A stretch of DNA of 64,000 nt, taken from the NCBI GenBank assembly GCA_013239625.1, contig MU053561.1, forward strand, positions 1,907,818 to 1,971,817, in the 5' to 3' direction. Every line of letters begins with the position of its first letter. The first letter of the stretch is position 1. The DNA is from Lama guanicoe (lineage: Eukaryota). The translations under genes and the position numbers were made by a program. The notes under the pieces are model-generated. The model was not told where the DNA came from, searched no databases, and worked only from the letters and a program-made list of their open reading frames with translations. Of the stretch, positions 1 to 10,195 are shown one piece after another.

Positions 1-1996
1 GAAATAATAATAGCTAACATTAGAGGACTTACTGTGCCTTCAACTTCGCTAAACTCTTTATATGTGTTATGTATTGAGTTGTAGAATCAGGATTCAAATC
101 CAAGTCTGACTCCGTATCTATTATAAACAATAATCTAATATAGACTATCAACATAAGTTGCTTATTTAAAAAATTATTTCATCTTGAATTATATTTTCTC
201 AAAAAATTTTATTAAAATTAATGATGTTTCTTCGGAGGGGAGGTGATTTAAGTTTCCTTTTGATGGTTGTGTGATGTGTTAATAATCAAACTGACACAGA
301 GTAAATGTAAATTTCCCTTAAAGGCTGTCATGCTGGGCTGTGGTCCAGCGAAGGAATATAGAGGTCATTAGGCTTCACCTGTGCATTATGTTCTCTTGCC
401 CATTCAAGGTCTATAACCAATGGGAACATGAGATTCTCCCTGAATCTCGGTAGAGCTTTTCTGCAGAAAAATGGTTGTCCCCCCACCAATATTATCCAGA
501 TATTCCTGGATAGTCTGAGAAATGATACACAAGCGTCTTTATTTTCACCTGTGAAACCTATTTTTAATAATCGTCCTAACTTTCCTTTAAAATAGTTTCT
601 AGTAAGCCCTTTATCTTTTCCTAGTTTTCTAAAAAGAAAAATTCTGGCGTTCTGAAAAACGAACAGGCTTACCTGTAGGCTGGGTTTTAAAATTGTTTTG
701 CTTTTTCCTCTAATTGGATGATGGGAGAAAACACCAGGAGAGAGTTTTAAGAGGAACTAATGTATTAAGAAAGGTAGTATGTATCAAATTAAAATTCTTC
801 TCTTTACTGAAACATTTGCAGAAATTATTGAAGTAGTGAAGACACGTGAAATGTGAGGCTGTCATTGAATTTTGTTAAAAGTCTATTATGAAAATCTCCC
901 TCTTTATGCTGTCTTATATAGAAGCCTGGTAATGGTCTATGTTGTGGAAATTATTGATTCCTTTTCCAACCCAGCCCCTTTTTCCCATCAGCAAGAGCTT
1001 TACGTTCAATGAACGCATGCCTCCCTGTACATGTGGGTTATCAAGATAAAAGATAGGCTGTCTATGTTACTTCACTGCCTCATCCCATATCACAGCATAA
1101 GAAAATGGTCTGGCTTCATCTTACAGAGATGGCCCAGTTCCACCTGGTTTTCTTCGTTTTAGCAGTCTGTTATTTGATTTGGGTTGTGAGCCCTCCTTCA
1201 AGTTATTTTCCTCTTTCTCATATTAAATGTGACTGGTTTATAATAATATTTCTTTTACTATCTGGATATAATGCCCTCTGGTTTTTTGCTTCTTTAGAAT
1301 CCAAATTTATTCTTTATAAGTAGCTATATAAATCATTTGCCTATTTCATCACATCTTCTAGTTTAGATGTGTCTGGCATTTTCATATTGAAATGTATATT
1401 ATAATTTGTAACATCACATTGATTTTTCAAGCATTATAGGTGGGTTATATCATCTGTGAATATTACCTGTTATAGTAAAGTCGGTGTTAAAATTCATTGT
1501 GGAAGGGGCATTGGTTCTCAAGCAGTGGAGAATCACTGAAGCCTCTCATCTTACAGATGAAGAAGTGGAGGCCCTGGTAGGTCAAGGCAGGTTGGACTCA
1601 TAGCCTCATCATGGGGAGTATAGGTAGTTTGGGGACAACCTTGCCACCTATGGCTGGAACTCTTTGGTTTAACTGTGTTTGCACAGCTGCTTGACTTTGA
1701 CATTCCCTCTTATGTCCTCCAAAGCAGATTTTTTTTTCTTATCATTTACTTTCTGTTTATGTTGTACTTGGCTAAGCCAAGTTAGCGAACTAACAGCAGA
1801 GGTTATCAGTCTTCATTCAGGAACTGTGAAACTATTTAGGGCTGAGAGGTTAATGTTAATTTGAAGTTATAGGTGTGAAATTTTAGTTTTTTACCCAACT
1901 ATCCATTCACTCCCATTCACTGTCCACTTCTTAAATAAAAATGCCTCCTTCCAGAGAAGTTGAACAAGAAAGCGGCATTTAAAACCACCTCTTTGG

Positions 1997-2099
1997 TGGG
2001 AGGAGAGTATAGCTCAGTGGTGGAGTGTGTGCTTAGCATGCATGAGGTCCTGGCTTCAATTCCCAGTACCTCCGCTGAAAGAGAGAGAGAGAGAGAGAG
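1997..2099 (+). mobile_element. Camelid tRNA(Ala)-derived SINE (Vic-1 type) with (GA)n tail
   Basis: tRNA-like head with A box (TAGCTCAGTGG) and B-box-like GGCTTCAATTCC. Flanked by a 15-bp TSD, AAACCACCTCTTTGG (1982-1996) / AAACCATCCCTTTGG (2100-2114), 13/15 identical. Confidence 0.9.
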
Positions 2100-2299
2100 A
2101 AACCATCCCTTTGGAAACCAAATAACACTGAGAAAATGCTGATCTGAATGTGATGAACTTAAACCACTTTCAGAACTGCACGGACTTCGGCAGTGCTTCC
2201 CTCTCCAGTGCCAAAGGTGTGCCAGAGTCGGCTCTGTATTCAAAGTGTAGAGACTCCTGCAGGAGAAGCTAAATTCTTATCCATGAGTGCATTTTCTGA

Positions 2300-2475
2300 T
2301 GTTTAGTTTTACAGCACAGAAATTCTCTCCTTCACTTGTTCCTGAATCGGTGAGCAAGATCACAGTGCAGAAGACTGCGCTTGTCGTTGGCTCCACCTTA
2401 CTGCAAGGCCAGAAGGCAGGGAATGCAGTCTAACTGTGGGCCCGGGAAGGGAAGGATAGGAATTTGGTGCCCAGC
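2300..2475 (-). mobile_element. Old MaLR (MLT1-type) LTR fragment
   Basis: The stretch ACTGCAAGG...GGGAATGCAGTCT...TGGGCCCGGGAAG...ATTTGGTG resembles recalled MLT1 LTR sequence. Degenerate. Confidence 0.45.
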
Positions 2476-2789
2476 TTTCTGCAATAATTTAGGCAGTCTA
2501 CTATGTGCTAGAGAAAACTAATTAAGAAGTATATTCCAGTGAAGTAGAAATGAATTACTCTGTAATGAAAGAAATGTTCCGCTCGAAGGGCACTGGCACG
2601 TGATCACAGCTTTGCCTAGAAGAAATTCCCATGGCGTGGCATACAGGACACAAGTGTAACCTGCAGCTCCCAGTATGCAGACCCTCCATCACCAAATGTG
2701 CATATCCTCTACAGCAGACAGAATAGGGGGGCATCCAGATGCCCTTTACTGAGTCTTACAATATCCTAACTACTTAAAGTCAGGGGATC

Positions 2790-2906
2790 AAGAGTGTTGA
2801 CCTGTTAGAAATGCAGACTCTTAGGCTTCACCCCAGCACCATGGAATCAGACTCTGCGTTTTATCAAAGTTCCTCGGGTGATTTGCATCCACATTAAGGT
2901 TTGAGG
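2790..2906. mobile_element. MER5-type hAT-Charlie MITE fragment
   Basis: TGTTAGAAATGCAGACTC...CCCCAG...GAATCAGACTCTGC...GGTGATT...TTTGAG is the typical MER5A body. Confidence 0.75.
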
Positions 2907-4504
2907 GTCTCAGGCTGTGGCGCTTACTGGTATGAGTTTAACCAGATTGCTGTCTCTCTATCCTTTCACTTCCTCATCTGTAAAATGGGTAGTAATTGGA
3001 GTTGGGGTGGCTCTCTAGAGATGATGTACACAAATATTAAATAACACCTGGCACTTAGCAAGCATTGGATGTTTTCTCACAGTAAGTTTTTACTTTCAAC
3101 AATAACTGTAAGGAGATACAGCTCTCTGAACTGTTTGAACTCATCCTCTTTCAACCCTTATTGATATCACACTAAGGTCTTTAAAAGCCTTTTGAAATGG
3201 TGAGAGGGTTTTTTATTCATATGGCTTAGTGTTCCTTAGAAATGAGTAAGCACAGAAAAAGTGAACATTTTCTAAGTCGGCAAATGGTGTTTGTCCTAGG
3301 AAACCCTAATGTAGACAGCAGCCATGATTTCAGTCAATGACTTATCAAGCTATAAACTTTAAATATACACAGAAACAATCTGCTAATATACTGAACCTTG
3401 AGAGACACTAACTTCTTAAGGGATTTTAGTCATAACGTGTATCATAACCTTAGATTAAGTTAAATGTGAGAAATCAGATATTTGCAGATGAAATAATTTT
3501 GTTCAACCAGAAAATAACTTGGTTTTCAACCTTTTTGGAAGTGTGTTTTAGTAGTATAATCTTTATGCCTCATTTAGTAAGTTTAATATATGCACATTAA
3601 AGTTAATTTTTGCTTTATGTGATGATTTAGAAAGCACATCTAGATCTTCGGTGCCTCAAGTTCATCCTTTTAATACTGGTCCTCTTAATTCTATATGGTC
3701 GGTATAGAAAGTTTTCAGAGATAAGGCTTACTGTGTACCGCTCTAAGAATACAACCTGGGACTTAAGAGCATCTTTAAAGTCAGTTCCTAATATGAGCTT
3801 ACAGGACTTTTTCCACTTTCTCTTATAATAAATTATAATTTTAGAATTCCAGTTTAACTAAATTATGATTACTGTTGTTATGGGTGGTTTGCTTGAGACG
3901 CATCAAATTCTTTAAAATTGGGAAATAAATTGAAAGACCTTAATTCTTATGGCCTTCACTCGAAGAAAGGAGCAAGCCAAGAACCACTAACCTTTTAGTT
4001 CAAATAGGAATATCTAAGGCTAACTCTGTATTCACCCCTGTGCGCTTAGATCTGGCTTTCCAATCCATAGAGAAATGAACTTCACATTGGACAAGTGAAG
4101 TCCAGATGCTGCATGGTTGTTTTCTTTGTACAGCACTCAGTACAGGACCAGAACTACGAGCTGCTAACACTCACTTGTGGAATCCATCTTGTTGGTGTGT
4201 TGTCCTAGCAAATCCAACTTTGAACCTCACATGACCCCCCATGGGTGTTAGACAAGAAGTGGGGAAAAGGCAAGAAGCCCACTCAAATTCACAATAGTGA
4301 AATGCACAGCGTTAAGACCACTGTGTGTCTAAGAGGTTTTTTTTGTTCGTTTTGTTTTTATGTTTGTAATTTATTGTAACATGTACCAAAATCAAATTAT
4401 AATACAATCCTACCGTATATTCCTTTTGAATATAAAGACTCCTATTTCTACTCTAATCTTACAGAGTACATCCTTTTTTCATATGTTCATTGTTATTTTC
4501 TCTT

Positions 4505-4705
4505 CCCTTTTTTTTTTCAGCAGCTTTGATGGGATCTAATTCACAAATCATAAAATTCAGCCATTTAAAGTGTACCGTTCAGTGGTTTTTAGTATACTCA
4601 GAGTTGCATAACCATCACCACCTTCTACTTTTAGAACATTTTCAACATCCTAAATGGAAGTGCCGTGCTCATTAACAGTCATTCCCCATTCCCATCCCCC
4701 TCCTG
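4505..4705 (-). mobile_element. Old L1 (L1MB-like) 3' end
   Basis: Poly-T, then CAGCTTT...AAAATTCAGCCATTTAAAGTGTAC...TTTAGTATA...TTTAGAACATTTTC, matching recalled L1M 3' UTR in antisense. Confidence 0.8.
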
Positions 4706-4844
4706 AGTCTGGGTTTTACTGCAATGTGTCCTCCCTCTAAGACACTTCATGTTGCACTCGCTGGTAGAACGGTGCCTCAGTAATTGTTTGCTGAGTAAAT
4801 CAATACCCACAGAAGCCACTAGCCAGGGCTGGCAACTAAGGAGT

Positions 4845-5200
4845 AATTGAAAGGAAAGTGGAATCGGTGTCAAAAGACTGTGATTCAAGTCCTGACTGAA
4901 GCCAACTAGCGGTGTTGGTTTGGGTTTAGAGCCACTTACCCCTTCTAAGCCTCCGTGTTCACATCCACAAAATGTACTTTTATTTTTTTAACTTGAAGTA
5001 TAGCCAGTTTACAATGTGGTGTCCATTTTTGCTGTACAGCATCATGTTTCAGTCCTGCACTTCCGTACGTATATTAGATCCATAAAATGTCAGTAGCAAT
5101 ATCTACTTCATAGGATGGGTGCGAGAATCACTTGAGAAAATATGCTCAGAGCACTTGGCACAGTGCCTGACCCCTGCTAGGAAACGGTCATTAATATTTG
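4845..5200 (+). mobile_element. MIR SINE, interrupted by a short L1 insertion
   Basis: Core ...CCACTTACCCCTTCTAAGCCTCCGTG...ATCC/ATAAAATG...AATATCTACTTCATAGGAT...AGCACTTGGCACAGTGCCTG. Confidence 0.75.
4976..5077 (-). mobile_element. Heavily 5'-truncated camelid-type L1 3' end (~100 bp)
   Basis: Poly-T plus TTGAAGTATAG...TTTACAATG...GTACAGCATC...TTCAGTC. 13-bp TSD ATCCACAAAATGT (4963-4975) / ATCCATAAAATGT (5078-5090). Confidence 0.85.
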
Positions 5201-5216
5201 TTCGTCGATGAAAGAG

Positions 5217-5315
5217 ACACCCCTAGGGTGGCGACCAGGGGAAATTCTTGCTGCCAGATTGCTCTGATATCTGATCTGGAAGAAGGTACTTCCCCTGGTC
5301 ACCACCCTAGGTGTT
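5217..5315. repeat. Inverted repeat / long hairpin of unknown origin
   Basis: 5222-5243 (CCTAGGGTGGCGACCAGGGGAA) is the reverse complement of 5290-5311 at 21/22 positions. Inner pairings TTCTT/AAGAA and CCAGAT/ATCTGG extend the stem. Confidence 0.9.
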
Positions 5316-6357
5316 CAGAGTAGTGGCTTAGCACTTTCCTTGCCTCAGTCTCCCCATTTCCTTCCTCCAAAAGGAGAATCCTGGAGGACAACTTACAGCT
5401 ACTTACCTTCCCTGGCCTCACAGCCGCGGCCTCTTCCAGTTCTGCGCTGAGGGCTGTTTCCTCTCCCCGTGCTGATGCTCAGTCTCACAGAGGGTCCGTG
5501 CTCAGGATAGAAGCAAGCATTTTTGTCCATCAGCTGTGAGGAACTGACCTTCTCAGGTGGATCACCATCCTCTCATCACACCTGCAGCAGCGTGTGCGGC
5601 TCCTCCCCTCACTGTGGGTGCAGAAACCCTCTCCAGGAGGATAAGCTGCCTAATTTTGGCAGCTGGCAGCCTCGGGCTGATCACTAGGCCTTTCAGGGAC
5701 TAGGGGACGTGTTTAGCTGTCTTTTTCTCTCTTCCAGCTCCACCTCCCTCTGCCCCCAGAGTTGCCTCAGCCGATTTACTATATGCATGCATCTTATGCA
5801 AACGTTTGGATAACAGGCATCGTAAATATATTATCTCTAATCCTTAGAACACCCTTGCAAGCTAGGTATTTCCCCCATTTTACCGGGGTGGGAGAAAAGA
5901 TTCTTAAAGTAAAGAAACTAACCATAGGTAATATCAGGGAATAGGTTTTGGAAAGTCAGAGAAGATGGGGTAAATCTACCAATACAAAGCTGTTTAAACT
6001 GCTGGGCTCTCCATTCGTGGCATTGGTCTGGTGTAGAGAAGCATGGGCTTCAGTTCACATCGCATCTCACCCATTTACTAGCTTTGTGGCCTTGGACTCC
6101 CTTCCCAGCCTCCTTGAATTTCAGTCCTTTCATATGTAAATAGTACTTACCTCTGAGAGTTGCTGGGGGGAATCCAATGACTTACTAGTTCTAAAATTCT
6201 CATAAATATTAGCTGCTGTCTTACTTAAATATTCTAGTTGCTATGATCAAAGTGTCTCAGATGCGCTTGGCTCTTTAAGTTATGTCACATTACCAGTTCA
6301 GAAGATGTATGGGTTATTTGATATGTCTCTCCTTCCAGAGAAAATGACGTTTGAAAT

Positions 6358-6670
6358 CAGGGGTTGATAAACATTTTTGGTAAAGGGCCAGATAGTAAAT
6401 ATATTAGGCTTTTCGGGCCATATGGTCTCTTGTCACAACTCCTCAGCTGTGCTGCCTGTAGTGTGAAAGCAGCCATGCCATAGACAATGCTTAAGCAGAT
6501 GGGTGTGCCTGTGTTCCGGTAAGACTATACAGACTGGAATTTAAATAATTTTCAGGTATAATGAAATACTATTTCTCTTTATTTTCAACCGTTTTTAAGA
6601 ACGTAAAATTCACACTTAGCTTGAGGGCCATATAAGAACAGGCAGTGGGCCATAGTTTTGCTAACCCCTT
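6358..6670 (+). mobile_element. MER58 (B-length) hAT-Charlie MITE
   Basis: Starts CAGGGGTTGATAAAC...GTAAAGGGCCAGATAGTAAATAT and ends GGGCCATAGTTTTGCTAACCCCT (TIRs). Confidence 0.85.
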
Positions 6671-8699
6671 TTTAATTCAGCGGTTCTTTAAAGCTGATGA
6701 AGTCAGCAAAGTTCTCATCAGGGAAAAGCCATGTGGAGAAAGCAGAGCAAGAGGCAGTTGGACTATCAACTATCTGGTCCAGATCATGGCTATGTTAATC
6801 ACTCCCTTGTCTCACACACTCATGCAACCCCTTCAAGCTTAACCTTTTCATCTATAAAAATGAAGTAGTAATAGCTCTCTGACCTGTACCTACTTCCTCC
6901 TGGTGAAGGGAGTTGAGTAATTATCATTCATTGAATTCATACCTTTGTGCCAGCTATTTGAATCATTTTAGTTCCAACCCTCTTACGATCCGTATGTTAC
7001 AGATGCAGAAATGGAGGCTCAGAGGAAATAACCTGCTGAAAGTTACAATACCGGTATCTAATCGTGGGTGTCTGACTCCCATCAATCCTCCAACCCTCTC
7101 AGTAGAACGCAGACTCCATGAGAGCAGGGACCTCGCTGGCCTTGCTTGGTGCTGTATCCCCAGTGCCTGGACTAGTACCTGTATATGGTAGGCACTGTGT
7201 AAGTGCTTGTTAAATAAATGAATGGAGGAGCTTTTCCATTATGCCAGTGGTTCTTAGTCTTCTTCAAGATCAAGGATATCTTTGGGAAACAAAAAGTTCT
7301 AGACCATCTCGCCAGATATATTAAATCTCAGACTGAGACATCTTGCCTTAAACATTTGGCCAACTACTGAAAGGAGATGCTGTCTACATGTTCTGAATGA
7401 TACCGATTATAATTCTTTCCATCAAGTATGAAAACAGGACTTGGAGATGTCTTGTTTCTTTCCTGTTCTTGAAATCATGATATTAAAGGCATTAAACAAG
7501 GCCTAAAATGTTTTCTTCTCCACAGTTGCTCATAGCTCCCGGGCACACTTTTTAAAGCTCTTGATTCCCTTAAAAATCACTTTCTCAAAATGTTCCTTAA
7601 AAATGACTTTTATTGGGTCCAAGCTGCTTCAACATGAAAAAGGGAGAAGCCAAAGCCTATTAAGACTAACATGTAGTTTTTTGCCTTCAAAACACAGCTG
7701 TGAGGGCACTGTCTCCTTACTGCCCAAAGGCCAGCCAGATCTGAATGCAGTGTGTTACTCAGAACAGGCCTGCTGCTGCTTCTGCGGCTTGTTCGTTGCT
7801 TACCACTTTGCTTTCTACCCCATGGCCTCCTGTTCGGTCGATGAGAGTGGGTTAATATTCCAACATTATTAGATTCAGATGGTACTTTTTTTTAATTTCC
7901 TCCTATACAGCATCTCTTCTTTACAGACCCTTATCCTTTACATCCGGACCTGGAGATCATGACTCACTCCAGGTAAGAAGTAAGATTAAGGGAAGTTTGT
8001 TTTCATAGAATATCATAAAAACAAGATCTATTGTTTATGGAGACTTAAAAACATCAAGGTACTGCATACACGGACTGCTCCCTTCCCTCTTTCTCTCCCT
8101 GCAGCCCCTCGAAGAAGTCGCATTCTAAACCTTGAGTATTTTCCTTCACTGTTTCTGGGACAAATCACTTTATTCATTCTCTGGTCATGTCACGCCATTT
8201 AGTTTTTCTCCGTGGCACTTGTTCCGAGGGCTCATATTCGGCCACATCAGTTGTTAAACATACTGGAACACTCCAGATGAGTTGGTAAACAGCTCCTATC
8301 CTGAGCCTTCCAAATGCCCTTTGCTACCCAATCCCCTCCCCCGGTTTCCCTGGATCTCCCTGCAATCAAGCAGCTAAAGGGTTAACACCTCCTGCCCTTC
8401 CAGAACCCCACCCCAAGACTATGGCTAGCATCTCTTCTGATTGATCAGTGCCAGGGCCATTCTGGTTTAAATATCGCGCTGTTTATTACCATATATATCT
8501 CTCTGAATGACCAGAGGTATAAACATTTCCATTTTGTTCATTGCAGTGTTCCCAGTGTCTCCTTGAACTGTCCCTGATGTGTAATTGGCTTTTAAATAAT
8601 TTTTAAAAGAAAAAAAATGAAATATTTTGTGCTTATGTTATCAAAAGAGTAAGCTCTAGAGCAGGAGGACCACTTGGTCAATCAGGATTTGGGAACAAT

Positions 8700-8840
8700 T
8701 TGATGAGTCACAGGGGCAGGAAAGACTTGAGTCAGTAGGTCCCCATGTAATACTTTTTTGTGAACAGCCAAATGATCTTTCCTTTGGTTAGCAGCCTAAC
8801 ATTAACTCCTAATAATTTTTGCTTTTTTCCAGGAAAGGTG
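8700..8840. promoter_or_regulatory. Candidate enhancer: two AP-1 sites plus a STAT GAS site
   Basis: TGAGTCA at 8704 and 8728, TTCCAGGAA at 8827-8835, in non-repeat sequence. Motif evidence only. Confidence 0.35.
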
Positions 8841-9087
8841 GATATAAGTGAGAACTGGGTTTCAGGTCCCAAGTGTGGCTCATTAATGACCAAATACTAG
8901 ACCTGAAGGTGGCAGCTGATCATCTTACGCTAAGCCAACAAGGCGTGGAAGGTGATGAGGAGGCTCTGAGGTGATGAGGCAGCCTTGCTAGGAGTTTTGT
9001 GCAGTCTTCCATGATGGTGGATACTGAGTTACTCAGAATAACTGAAATGAGCCATAACGCCTGCGTGACTGGAGCTGTGCCTGCCCT

Positions 9088-9119
9088 TACACACACACAC
9101 ACTCACGCACGCACACACA

Positions 9120-9157
<38 letters not shown>
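9088..9157. repeat. Interrupted (CA)n microsatellite
   Basis: Directly visible. Confidence 0.97.
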
Positions 9158-9159
<2 letters not shown>

Positions 9160-9714
9160 GAGTAAGCACTGATGGATGCTTACTGTCTCCCCACGGAGCT
9201 ACTCTCAGGTAAAGTGCACCTCAGTGTGTCTCTCTTGTCAGGCTAGGAATCAGAGAGGAAACACATGCATTTCACGTCACTTTAGCAGAATCCAAAAACT
9301 TCAGTGTGGTGCGTTATTTAGAATTCTCTAACACTTCCTGCCTGTCCTTAAGAGCCACCTCTAAATGTTCCTGAACTTCTTCTGAAGCTATTTCCAGCCT
9401 ATGCCATCTCTTATTTTTTATTTTTTTCTGATATATAATCTTCTGTTTGTTCTAAATATGCCTTTTTTTTTAAGGCTCAAGAAGTACCTGCTAAACATAG
9501 CAATTTACGGTTTGTTTTAATTTGTAAACCACATTGTTCCACACTCACCTTCCCATTGTCTTCTATCTTTACGTAACCATCCCCAGATGAAAACAGCTCT
9601 TAATCAGGCCCCGTGTTTTGGGGGAACTGCTGGGTACCCAGTTGTAAACTTTTGGGTCCATTGCTCTTTTTAATCATACCAGAGAGGTCCCTTGTTTTCC
9701 TCAGGACAGCAGAA

Positions 9715-10195
9715 TAATTGAGTGCAGCAAGGTGGTGCTGTGCCTTCTCGTTTCAGTTCTCATGCTATAAACACGTTTCCTTTCTGTTCTATTTGGTGCC
9801 ATGTGTTTCGCATTTTTGCTCTTTGTTGATTTCTCTGTGTCAAATGGCTCCCAGTATAGAGCTGAAGTGCTGCCTTGTGTTCCTAAAATCGAGAGGGCTG
9901 TGATGTGCCTTATGGAGGAAATACGTGTGTTGGATAAAGCGTCATTCAGGCATGATTATAGTGCTGTTGGCCATGAGTTCATTGTTATTGAATCAATAAT
10001 ATACATGAGACCTTTAAACAGAAACATACATTAAAAAAAAATTAAGGACTGATTGGTTGATGAAAATATGGTGACCAGAGGCTCAAAGAAACCTCATCTT
10101 ATATTTCTTCTAGGAGCAACAATTCAGGATTCACTAATCTGGTGTTCGTGGCAACTTTATAGAACATAACTGCTATAAATATTAAGAATCGATTG
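9715..10195 (-). mobile_element. MER82 (TcMar-Tigger) non-autonomous DNA transposon, partial
   Basis: Terminus ...CAACTTTATAGAACATAACT...AATATTAAGAATCGATTG followed by TA. Internal GCTGTGATGTGCCTTATGGAG and GTGCTGTTGGCCATGAGTTC match the recalled MER82 consensus. Explains ORFs 9718..9903 and 9801..10034. Confidence 0.8.

Noticed and set aside
221..295. C/D-box snoRNA (ATGATGT...CTGA)
   Set aside because: Imperfect C box, no terminal stem, no recognisable guide. The CTGAC is better read as a branch point.
2003..2075. tRNA-Ala gene (also 15080-15143)
   Set aside because: SINE heads with a TSD or SINE-specific tail and decayed stems, not intact tRNA genes.
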